The notes below the pieces were generated by a model. The model was not told the DNA's origin. It did no database searches and worked only from the letters and a program-made list of their open reading frames with translations. Made by a program: the position numbers and the translations under genes. This document shows, in pieces, positions 11,209-24,100 of a stretch of 64,000 nt of DNA (positions are counted from its first letter, which is position 1; each line of letters begins with the position of its first letter). The DNA is from Octopus bimaculoides (Eukaryota). The stretch is from positions 71,632,360-71,696,359 of the forward strand of contig NC_068981.1 of the NCBI RefSeq assembly GCF_001194135.2, given 5' to 3'.

Positions 11209-14200
11209 TCAGTCATTGTATATTGTTTTTCCCTCATTGCATGAATATTTCAAATTAGCCTTTTAATATTCACTTCATTAAATATGGTATCCTATAATCT
11301 TTAATATTTATGGAGGAATATGATTTTACTATGTTCAATTATGAAGTGAAACAAGTGAATTTGATCTCAATTTAGAACTAAATTAACTAGTATTGACAAA
11401 CAACATGAAGTAATCATCTTCTGAACAATAATAAAAGCAGCAACTATATTAATTATTTTTTAACATTTTCATTTTAAGATGGTGTATGAATACGTGTGTA
11501 CATGCAAAGAACAAAACTTACTAAATGAAAGAGTTTGAAAAGTACGGCATTTCTCGACAAGAGAACCAACTTGTTGTTCAACAGCAGTCACTAGGTCTAC
11601 CAGGCTGTAAGCATTCCTCCCTACGCCATCAGATAAACTCAACAATACAAGGGAGCTAACTCGAGCTACCGCCATATGGTAGCGAAAATGATGCCTGCTA
11701 TCAGGTTCTGTTTTTATCTCCTTCGGCTTCTGCAGGAAAAAAACAAAAACAAAAAAAAAATATCAATATATATTTCCATATTATTGCTATACTCAGGAGA
11801 GAGTGAGTAATTTAAATATTGAGGCAACATATTTACAAAGCAATAAACCTTATTTTGCAAGTAAATTCTAAAATAGGTTGTTGAGTCAATAACAACCAAA
11901 CATTTAAAGAACAGTCTTGATAAATATTTGAAGAACATTTAATTTGAAATACTCTTCTGATATGAAAAATCAACATCTTTAGACTTCTAACATTCAGAGG
12001 AAACAATAAAGTAACAGTCGAAAACATTGAGATGATTGTTGAGCTTAAATTAGCTCGCTCCGCCTCGCACGGGGTCGCGATGCGACGACCGCGACCCCGT
12101 GCGGCAGGAGTTCGGCCGGCGGCAAACGGTCAACTCGGAACTGGTACGGACTGGGGGAAATGGCAGATCCAAAGTAGTATTTTAAGGATCCATGAAAAAA
12201 TACGACTTTGGACGTATTTATTGCAAGACATAGTTAGGTAATTTTTTCTGACGTTTTACATAGTTCAACCTGCAAAAGTTAAATGTATGAAAAACAAAAT
12301 AGGAATTTTGAAAGAAGTATATCTATAAAACTAGTTTTCAAACGTCGAATAGCTAAGGGGTTCACCAGAATAAAATGGTAATCATAGGGATCCATAGATA
12401 AAAAAAATGGCTGAGAACCATGAGTTAAAATATGATAGAGGATCAGAAATATATGTCTTGCAATAGAGGAGATACATAACTACCCCAGTTGGTGGGTGGG
12501 GTGGGGAAGAAAGGATGGTAAAGCTGTGTCAGGGCACACACCCAAAGTTACAGGGATGGATATATAAATGAAGTGGTAGAGAGGATTGGATAGGATGAGT
12601 GGGCAGGTGAGCTTGCAAGAGTGCAAAAAAAGAGTGGATCCAGTGAGTGAATATGACTGGAAAGGAGAGGAGTTAGGAAGATGAGTTGCATGGAAGAGAA
12701 ATATTTGTTCTAAGAATATGTCGTCTTTTAAGAGACAAAAGAAAAATTCATGTAACTCAAAAAATACCTTAGCAGTTTCAGGTGCATATTTACAAGTGAA
12801 CTGAATACTGGGCAGCCATTTACTCATAATTTCAGTGTGTGTATCACTTAATGGCATTAATATACCATTTGAAGTTAAAGGAAGTGGAAGTTTGGGTTTC
12901 TGGTAGAAAGTGGTAGCCAATATACTCAGTTCTCTTTCATCAGGATCAGGAACCTGAAATAGAAATTAATTCAGAATGTGATAATAAAGTTGTTTCAGTT
13001 CTAACCATTGAAATACATAAAATGTTCTGTCAATAAAGAAGAAAAAAAAACCATTCAGTATATTAAGATACTGTTAAAACTGTAACTGTGGTTTTTATTT
13101 GGACTTTGGGCACTAGACTAATAAATATAACCCACTAGATTCCAGCAAAGAAGGAAAAGAACTTGTAACTTGCTTTACTTGTGTAAGCATTATATTATAA
13201 CAATCTGCAAGAATGTGAAACTGTTCATTAGACAACAAAGCTGGTATTATTTGATTCTTTCACCTGCACGATTTTCACTAAGGTAAAGAAGAAAAAAAAA
13301 AAACTCAGATTTTTTTGTGTGGAATCAAGTACCCTGACCTCCTAATATGCTGCAAACCCCTTACTTTTGTTTGGAAAAAAAAAAGCGGGGTACCAGACTG
13401 CCCTCATATCCTGGAATCATTGAAAAAATTTTTTTTTTCATTGAATGTATTCCGGTGACCTCCTAATAGGCTACAAAACCATTTTTGGGGTCCAGAAAAC
13501 GGGATGGGGTGAGGTGGAAGCCTCGGAAATTTTATCCCCCACCCCCATTGATCTTTTCACCCGCATGATTTTCACCCGCATGATTTTCACTAAGAAAAAA
13601 AAACTCAGATTTTTTGCATGGAATTAAGCACCTTGACCTCCTAATATGCTGCAAACCCCTTACTTTTGTTTGGAAAAAAAAAAGCGGGGTNNNNNNNNNN
13701 NNNNNNNNNNNNNNNNNNNNNNNNNNNNNNNNNNNNNNNNNNNNNNNNNNNNNNNNNNNNNNNNNNNNNNNNNNNNNNNNNNNNNNNNNNNNNNNNNNNN
13801 NNNNNNNNNNNNNNNNNNNNNNNNNNNNNNNNNNNNNNNNNNNNNNNNNNNNNNNNNNNNNNNNNNNNNNNNNNNNNNNNNNNNNNNNNNTTAGATAACA
13901 TTTTGCAGAAATATATTTTCAAGGGAGTGTGGATTACATTAGATTGAAAATTCAAAGAAGTTTGAAATGAATAAGTGAAAATGTAGAGGTTATAGAAGTT
14001 AGTGGTAATGAAGTATGTGGAGAGATAACGAATGATAAATTCATCTAAAAAAAGGATAGAGTTTTTGCATGTACGTGTGAAACAAAGTAAAACTCTTTTT
14101 CTTTTTTTCTCTTTTTTCCTTGTTTCAGTCATTTGACTGTGGCCATGCTGGAGCACCATCTTTAGTCAAGCAAATCAACCCCAGGACTTATTCTTTGTAA

Positions 14201-15074
14201 GCCTAGTACTTATTCTATTGCCAAAAATTGCAAAGGGAAAATGCTTTAGTTTTTCAAATCTAATCTGCAACCTGGGGTTATTATATATATATTATATCCA
14301 GTTCCCTCAAAGAAAATGCATCAAGCTAAAGTAACCTTCTCAATTTTAACACATTTCGAGTAATCTTCATTTTATAACAGATTCATGGGGTATACTAACC
14401 CTTTAACATTTGGATTACTGTTAAATGTAAAGCTTATTTATTCATATCATTTTGAATTAATCATGCACTATCTAATAGCTTTGACACTTCAATGTTGTAC
14501 TTGTTTAGTTTTAGAATGACATTGTAAGGTAGGCGTAAGAGGCTCAATCTAGCCAGTTTGAACATAAAACAACTGGAATATTTGAGCTGGATAGAGCTAG
14601 TTTAAGCAAAAAAGGGTTAAATGACTGGAATCATTTTTAACTAATCTTGTTATGTTTCTGTCCCCACCACAGAAAGGTGATGAAAATTAACAAATGAATT
14701 AACAAATTAACTCACTTCATTTTTGCATTTAACCAAATGAACTTAATTCTCTCTTAAGCAGAAAAAATACGAATATGCATAAATGATTAAATGCTTTCAT
14801 ACTGATTCCCTTATTTTTTATTTTCTTCAAAACAAAGCCTCCTGTATCAAATAAATTCAAGTAAGTATTCAATGCACAAAGCAAATAATATATAACATAC
14901 CATATTCATGGCTCTCAGAATGAGAGCTGTTGCCATGTTATCTGTGTGTGCTGTAAAATGGTTACACCATTTTCCTGCCTTATCCATCAGATCCACATAA
15001 CCAACACCACGACTATTCAAGATAAAACTATTTCTCTGCAAAAATACAAAAAAAAAAAAATAATAATAATAATG

Positions 15075-15107
<33 letters not shown>

Positions 15108-18100
15108 TCTTGGTATAAAAGATGGGCTACAGCAAATATTCTGCTCAATACCACAGATTTGCTTGTCAGTTGTTTGACCTTAACCAGTTGAGCATGTCCC
15201 TAAGTGGCTCATGTGCATCTCTGATCATAAGCAGAAGTAGTGGGGAAGCATCATAGCCATGTGTTGAGAGGAATTGGGGGCAGAGTGAGTAATTCACCTC
15301 AGGAAACATAGGTGTTTTGTTCGACAACCTTAAACACCCTCGACCTGAAGAGTAACCGGGCCCCACCTACAAGGTCATGCACTGTTTATCTTAATAGGAG
15401 ACCACCATGTCGTACACGTATGGTTGTGATGCATGCAACTGATGTACCCTTATCGAACAGGTAGTCATGATGGGTGTACTGGGCTTCGTATATTTTACCC
15501 CAGTGTCACTTTGATGGCATGCATGGCTTTCTCACATAATAATGATAATAACAACAATAATATATAGATTTTAGTGTGTGGATAGACATGAGAGTGGAGT
15601 GGCCTGCAACAGGTGAAGTGCATGAGAGAGCGTGAAGAGGGGAAGATCTGCTGGGAGTTTGACAGAAGTCAAGTAGTGTGTGTGTGTGTGTGAGAGAGAG
15701 AGAGAAAGGTGGGGGGGACATGGCCAAAAAGGACATTCATGTGTGCATGGCCACGATTTCACTTAGCTTGACATGTTTTCGCAAGCACAACAAATCACCA
15801 GAAGTCTCAGTCCCTTGTCATTTCCTCTGTAAGGCTCAACAACCAAAGGTCATATTTCACCAGTCTCTCAAAACACACTTTGTTGTACATGCACACTCAC
15901 ATTGCACATCCAGTGGAACACATTGGCTTCATTTCTTTCAAGCCTTTGCATGTCCTCTGCAGTCACAGTCCATGTTTCACTGCCATGTAGCATAGTTGTT
16001 TGCACACAGGTATCATACAATCTGCCTTTCACTCTGAAGGATATATATTAGTGTTTATACTGTTTTAATAATTCTTGTAGAAAATTATTTCCACTAAAAA
16101 TTCATAGTTAACTAAATATCTTAACATGGAAAGGTTATGTGAAAGCTACAACGACAAAAGATAAAGAAACAACTTGAATGTTTTAGTTACCTTCAGGTAT
16201 TCTTGGATCCCAGCTTCATCACTGCCTGTAACAGTACCCCATGAATAAAACTTGATGGTTCGCTGTGGATGCCATCCTTCTAATTTGCGAACATGCAAAA
16301 GACTGTATATTAATTCCAGTAACATAGCAGTGCTTGACAAACTGGCCATTTGGAAAAGACTGGAAACTGAACTGTTTAAAGTGAGTGAAGTTTCTGATTC
16401 AGCCGTTCCATACAGTCGTTGAGTTCCAACTAATACCATCTCATCTATAGAAATAATGAAACAAAACAATAAGGAATCTTGTTTCCTCAGAAATGTAGCA
16501 AGATGTCTGTAACAGTATTTATATATATGCTGCTTTCTGTGTTGTAGTGCTGCTAGAGTTATTCTTTTGTATTTCATCCCTTCAGGATGAAAAAGTAAGT
16601 ATCTGCAGTACACTGGTGTTAAATCAAGTAGTGTTGTACCTCCTCCAACAATTTCTTTTTTTTTTTTAATGTTTAGTGAGAGAGAGAAGGCACTGTACTT
16701 ATGACCTTTTATTTTATTTTATTTATTTATTTTTTTTTTGTCTTTGAGACTAATGGGATGGAGGGAAGTAGCTATTCTGAAACCAAATACCAGATCTGAA
16801 TACTTTCAACAGAGTGAACTCCACAAAAGGCAAACGAGGATGAAATGGTAGCATTAAACCAAGAGATGAATTAAACCTACCACTCAAGTATATTCAGAAT
16901 GCAAATTGCCTAAACAAGTACTGAAAGGCATTCCCAATCTAATGCATTTATCAATTCCACTAATCTATCATCCTGGACTGGTATTTTATTTTACTGACTC
17001 TAAAAGAATGAAAGATAATGCTGACCTTGCTGAGATTTGAACTCAGAACACAGAAAACTGGAAGAAATACTGCAAAACATTTTGTCCTATGCTCTAACAA
17101 CTTTACCAAATTGCTGTCTTAGCCAAAATAAATAAATAAAATAAAAAGTAAAATATAATAAATAAATAATGTTTTCCCCAAAATATTAAATAAAATATAG
17201 GTTGTTGTTGTTTAGCACCAGGTTCATGCTAATTAAGTAGGCTTTTCATCAAAAGATAGGATGGTTTTGATTGTAATGTCTTTCATTAAAGGCATTCCAA
17301 TGAAGACCATCCTATCTTTTATTCAAACATTGTATCTAGAACAACATTATCCAATGTCTTGTTCTTATAGGGGATTTATGTAGGCGGTCAATTTGTTAGA
17401 AACAGTAATCAAATATTCCACATATGTCTACACTTGATTTAGCATTTTTAAGATGATACACAACCTATCTGAAAAATACTAAAATCATGTTTGGGACAGC
17501 AAGTAACACTTCATAAACCATTGGGTTGCTGGTGAAGACATTGTTTCATCAAATGAAAAAGAATATTAATTGTAACATTATTTTCATAAATAGATACATC
17601 AGAAAGCTAAAACATAACATTAGTCTTCACTTTTTCAAGAGGGAATGAAAGAAAATCACTAATGAAATATCTTCAAGCATGTTTTTATTATTATTATTAT
17701 TATTATTTTATTCCTTCAGTATTATTTGAAGTACATTTTCCTGATTATAGGATTATTTCAAAGTGAACCAAAATTACCATAAGAAAATAACATTTTTGCT
17801 TATCATTCTTCCAGCATCAAATATATATCTTTTAAATCAGACAAATTAATCTTAAGGCACAATGATCACTTTTAAGACAACAGTAAGAATCACACTGAAT
17901 GAAAACATGGGAAATAATCAAGTTACCTGGTTTGGTTTTTCCATAGAGAGTTCCTTCAACATTGGACACAGTGTGGCTTTTCAAACAAGAATTGAACTTG
18001 AGATACAAAGTGTTGTGTCCCTCAACTATAAAAGTAAAACATATATAACTTATGGTAATCATCATCAACATCAGCATCATCATCATCACCCTTGTTTAAC

Positions 18101-21100
18101 GTCTGCTTTCCTTGCTGGCATGGGTTGGATGATTTGACTGAGGACTGGCGAACCAGATGGTTGCACCAGGCTCCAATCTGATCTGGCAGAGTTTCTACTG
18201 CTGGATGCCCTTCCTAACACCAACCACTCCGAGAGTGTAGTGGGTGCTTTTATGTGCCACCAGCACAAGGGCCAGTCAGGCGGTACTGGCAATGGCCATG
18301 CTCAAATGGTGTTTTTTACGTGCCACCTGCACAGGGGCCAGTCCAGCGGCACTGGCAACGACCTCGCTCGAATATTTTTTCACATGCCACAGGCACAAGT
18401 GCCAGTAAGGCAACACTAGTAACAATCACGCTCAAATGGTGCTTTTTATGTGCCACTAGCATAGAAGCCAGTCAGCTGCTCTGGCAACGATCATGCTTGG
18501 ATGGTGCTCTTAGCGCTCCACTAGCACGGATGCCAAATTTATCAACTATACTTCCAATCTGGTTATCTTTAATCATCAATCTTTAGTCTATCTGCTGTCT
18601 GATGATTAAGCCATTTACTTGACTTTTCAATATCAGAGATTAGTCATCACTGGATAATCAGTTCTACTGACTTCTAAACAATACTTGTGGAATCCAATTC
18701 TTTGTCATACCCACAAGAATATTTGAACACAAGCTAACATAGTAGTTTTATAGTGCAGCCACTGCTAAAATAGTGAGTTGTCCTATACTACTATACCTAC
18801 ATTCAGCTAATAGGTTGAATCTTTAGAACAGTGGGGCTGAAAATGAATGAAATTAAGATGAAGTATCTGGTAGAGAACATTAAGATTCCAGAGAAGATTA
18901 TGAATGTAGACGGGAAGCCACTGGAGTTGGTTGAGGACTTTCTGTATTTGGGAGCAAAGATTGGGAACACAGAGAGTGATGTAGTTGAGAGGAAGAGCAA
19001 AGCCTGGGCGGCATGCAACAGTTTGTGATTTTTATGGAAACCAGACCTTCGTAAAGACCTGAAGATCTATCTCTTCATTGCTGCAGTGGAGTCTGTACAG
19101 GTCTGAGACTTGGACACTGATCAAGAAACTCAGTCAGATGGTGGATAGGTGTTACAAGAGAATGCTGAGGATGGCTCTGAACATTAATCAGTATACACTG
19201 AGGATGAAGAACTCAGAGTTGTAAGAGAGTCTCCCAATAGTTAGCTCAAAAATAACAGAGTTGATACTGCACTCAGTGCTCCTGTGGGAGCCCCTACACA
19301 GACATACTAGAAGAGGGAGACTGAGGATGACATAGACATATGTTGATGCCCTAAGGACAGATGCTGGTTTCTGGGAGACACAGGACATGGCAGCAATGAT
19401 GAAGGACAAAGATCGCTGGAGAGAACTCGTCCATGGATCTTGGGAATTTTACCCACCCTAGATAGATACAAGTTGAGCACTGGGGTTAACGTAATCGACT
19501 TATTCCCTCCCTTGAAATAACTGGCCATATGCCAAAATTTGAAACCAATATTTCCCCATGACCAGACATGTTATCACAGAAGATTGGAAATGAAGAACAC
19601 TGCTTGTGTGACAGGGACAATCATTTACAACTATCATGAGACGTCAAAGGAGAGAGTAACACACAAAAAATATATACATATAGCAGGAGTGGTTGTGTGG
19701 TAAGAAGCTTGCTTCCCAGCCACATGGTTCTGGATTCAGTCCCATTGTGTGGCACCTTGAGCAAGTGTCTTCTACTATAGCCTCAGACTGACCAAAGCCT
19801 TGTGAGCAGATTTGGCAGATGGAAACTGAAAGAAACCTGTTGTATATATATCTACGTGTGTGTGTGTGTCCATGTTTGTCCCCTGCCATTACCAATTGAT
19901 AATTGGTGTTGGTGTGTTTACATCCCTGTAACTTAGCAGTTCAGCAAAAGAAACCGATAGAATAAGTACCAGGCTTAAAAATATAAGTACTGAGATCGAT
20001 TCAGTCACCTAAAAATTCAAGGCAGTGCTCCAGCATGGCTGCAGTCTAATGACTGAAACAGGAAAAAGGTAAAAGATATACACACGCACATGCACACATA
20101 ATGGACTTCTTTCAGTTTCCGTCTAACAAATCCATAAGAACGTCTATAAAGACAAAACAATATCATACCTGAATGGCTGATTCCAATATTGTATGTGGTG
20201 TTTAAACTTCCCCACCATGATATTGGTGCAGCAGTTGTATCAGCAAGAGTGGTAAAAATTCTCAGAGCAAGTGCAGCAGAGATATTGTATACAAGCATAG
20301 ACTTATTGCCACCTTCATTCACATCTGAAAAATTAAATTCATCTAAAATACAAAAAAATTAATTTTAAAAGATAGGGAAGCATTGATACACACACAAAAT
20401 ATTACAGGGTGTTCTGGTAAAAAAATTTTCAGGAACAGCTTGATATATTGGTGAACAATCAACAGTATTTGAAATCAATGATTAATGATGAAGTTGAGAA
20501 AAGGTTAGCTGACAGGGAGGACTGGAAGCCATCTGGATATTGAAAAAAGTAAACTGTATCATGATAACTCACACCAGATATCAAAGTACTGACATCATGA
20601 CCGCTGGTCAATGCTCCGTGAACACTGTAAAGGCTGTAAGATATGACAGCCGCAATGGAGGATATGATGCTGTGGCCAACAGGAAGAGACACAGCAGGTG
20701 TTCTGACTGTGTCTGCACACCAGGATTCATCCCCAAGTCTTTGAATAAGACTTTAGGCTCAATTCAAAGTTATGTGAAGGTGCTGTAGACTATAGTCAAA
20801 CCCTAGCTTGAGAGGGTTGCTGCTGGAAGGCCATATATGTGGAAGCAGAATTCAGCTCCTTGTCATACTTCCAGAAAGAGTCAAAAATAGCTCTCAGAGA
20901 ATTTCTATGACTTCACCAAACCCAATTTCTGACTTCCTAATTCTCCCAATTGTAATCCCATGCATTACTATACGTGGAACATGGTTGAGAAGACACCAAT
21001 TGCTCTGCTTGCAACACCAAAGCTTCCCAGGGATGCAGTGAGAAGCACATGCACCAGGTTCCAGAACCATCTTGAGGCTGTAGTGGAAGCTGAGGGTGGC

Positions 21101-24100
21101 TACTTTGAGTAAACTATTACCTCCCATCCATAATCTAGATAATATATTTTGCACTTTTAAAATACTTTTATTATTGTGCTTTCTTTTCCTTTTATGCAAA
21201 CTGTCAAATTTAGCCCAAACACTCTGCATATATAAATTAGAATTTATATCACTGATAAATATTCAAATAATGAAAAAGGAACATAATAAGGTATTAATAG
21301 CTTTGTACTGAGGAGATGCAACTGAATTAAAATAGTAGCTATTATATGAAAAAATTCAGTACTTTTACTGCAGAAAGCAGATATATCTACTCAAAATTTC
21401 ATTACCTTTAGCTGCAGAAAGCAATTTATCTTTTGTTGAGGAATGTCATGTTTGAAACTAATTTCTATTGAGATATGTTAAGTTTATTGAGACAATGTGA
21501 CTTGGAGAAAATACCAATTCTATTTTTGGTTGATATTTAATATCATTATTGGAATAACCATGAAATTTAATTTTGTAGCTTAAAGGGTTAATTAAGTATG
21601 TTATAACTGAAAAAAACAAAAACAAAAAAAAAACAAGAAATTTGAATTAAATGCATAAAGGTCATGATATACTTCATTCCTTTAAGCTTATATTTACTTC
21701 ATGAATATTAACTTGTGACAAGACAATTCCCTCTCTTACTAGAGGGGGCTCTCTATGCAAGGTCTTTCAGGAAAGTGAAAAAAAAAACTTATTTATTCAA
21801 AGGTCAAAAATGTGCACTTAATAGTGCAAGGGTGACAAGTCAGAGTTAAGGAACAAAGAGTTATGTCACCTGCTTAGAGAAATGATGATTGTAGGTCCAT
21901 CAGACTTACACAAAATTTTAAGTTATGTAGCCCAGTTTGTGTGTAATGGTTTCTGTCTAATATATTTCAGTACTCGGGTGTAGCTGATAAACACTACCCA
22001 ATCACAATATATCTACACACACACACATATATATAATGCATGTTAGTGTATTGATCATTTTCTTAATAGCTGTCAAATTAACACCAGCATGCATATGTAT
22101 ATACTCAAATGTAAATTTAGATGCATTTTCTATTTATATTTAACCATGAACTGGGGTTTTTTTCATTGTGGCAATGGTAGTAATTTTATGATCTTCCCTG
22201 TGTTACCAACTTACACGTTTTACATTTTTAAGGTTTAGTCAGAAGATGGCGGGCAGTACCTGTAAACTTTTTGCTAGACTTCTAAGGATGGTATGAGAAA
22301 AAGAGGAAGGAACAACTGATTGGTTATCCTCAAAATGAGACCTAGTCTGAATGCTTGAAGAAAAATGGACTTTACACAGCTGGTAAAACACACTCACTTG
22401 ATGAAATATCTCAAACACTTTCTTGAGTGTGTCTTTCATGCCTTCATAAGAACATGTGCTATGTGCTAGTTTTCCATTTTCTTCCTTTACAGTGCCACAT
22501 AAAAAGCACTTAGTTCACTCTGCTGGGTGGTTGGTGTTAGGAAGAACATCCAGTTGTAAAAACCCTGCCCAAACAGACACAGAAGTCTGGTGCAGGTTCC
22601 TGCCTAGCTGTCTCCTGTCAAACCATCCAACCCATGCCAGCATAGAAACCAGACCTTAAACAATGATAATGATGATGAAATACTAGAAATACTTGGGTAA
22701 AGCGATTTGAAATTATTATAGCTTTTGATGAAGAAATTCATACCAAATGAGAAAATCATTCAAACCTGTACCTGAAATTCTCATATTCATCATCTTCATC
22801 ATCATCATCGTTTAACGTCCGCCTTCCATGCTAGCATGGGTTGGACGATTTGACTGAGGACTGGTGAAACCGGATGGCAACACCAGGCTCCAATCTAATT
22901 TGGCAGAGTTTCTACAGCTGGATGCCCTTCCTAACGCCAACCACTCAGAGAGTGTAGTGGGTGCTTTTACGTGTCACCCGCACGAAAACGGCCACGCTCG
23001 AAATGGTGTCTTTTATGTGCCACCCGCACAAGAGCCAGTCCAGGGGCACCAGCAATGATCTCACTCGAAAAACCTCATGTGTCACTCGCACAAGAGCCAG
23101 TCCATGGGCACTGGCAACGATCTCGCACGAAAGATATCATGTGTCGCCCGCACATGAGCCAGTCCAGGGGCACTGGCAACGATCCCGCTCGAAAGATTTC
23201 ATGTGTCGCCCGCACATGAGCCAGTCCGGGGGCACTGGCAAACGATCCCGCTCGAAAAAGCCTCATCAAGTTTATGTGTAATAGTCTAACTCCAGAGTCT
23301 TTATGAGTATCAATGGATGCTAGGTTGCATAAACATTCACATATGTTGAGAGGCAATGATACAAACACCACAAGTCCATGTTGTGTTCTTGGCAAATCTG
23401 TGTAAACTAGCCAAATTTTTACATCTTCCTCCCATTCTGTTAATGATTCTTTTTATTAGACAAAATTAGTAGTTGTTCACCGAAATTCCCCATTGAATCC
23501 AAATGTACAAGCTATACTAGAAATAATATTTCTTGTTATACTAGAACCTATGGCAATTGCTACCACTGTGAAGGCTCATCACATTACATATACTGCTTTG
23601 TCATCATAAACACAGCAACGTTTACAGCAGCCATTTCTATATATAATTATATGCGTTTATCATGGAGATGGTGTCCAAAAAACAAGAGATAAACAAATGA
23701 GCAATAAATGAATCATATCCATATACTTTATAAATGGAACAAATGATAACTTCATTGACACTAAATTCACAGTCCCAAGAAGGGAAGCTTCCACTGTCAT
23801 ATTTTCTTGATCATTTCTACCTTTACTAGTTGAGAATACACTTGTAGCGAGGCATAAAGAAGCCAGTGACGTTTTGGAACAGCGAGATCTCGCCTGCAAC
23901 CATTGCCATATGTGAGACAAAAACAAGATCTCACCTGCAACCATTATTTAAGGAAAAGACATTTTCTCTCTCGTTCTTCTCACGCTGACGCTGAGAAGAC
24001 ACTTTGAAGCCAGGAGCTCACAGCAGACTTTCGTCCTGCTGTGATACCACATGCATTGTCTCCAGAGGTTATTGAACCTCGTGTATGGGAGAGAAGGCTA

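Noticed and set aside
12032-12241. Arg/Pro-rich plus ORF or novel Pol III RNA (7SK, MRP, vault, miRNA)
   Set aside because: No diagnostic motifs. The GC block is better explained as a 28S rRNA fragment.
13290-13690. Approximately 110-bp direct duplication and short tandem repeats
   Set aside because: Abuts a gap and has homopolymer-rich low-quality character, so probably an assembly artefact.
20459-20692. Minus ORF with YSVHGALTS..VSYHD resembling GCPII YNVIGTLRG..GGHRD
   Set aside because: It is antisense to a decayed mariner transposase. The true homologous exon is 17927-18025.
22239-22439. Minus ORF with splice-like signals
   Set aside because: No M28B similarity and not needed for frame continuity.
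23027-23268. CRISPR-like periodicity
   Set aside because: Whole units are repeated with no unique spacers. It is a eukaryotic minisatellite within a LINE tail.
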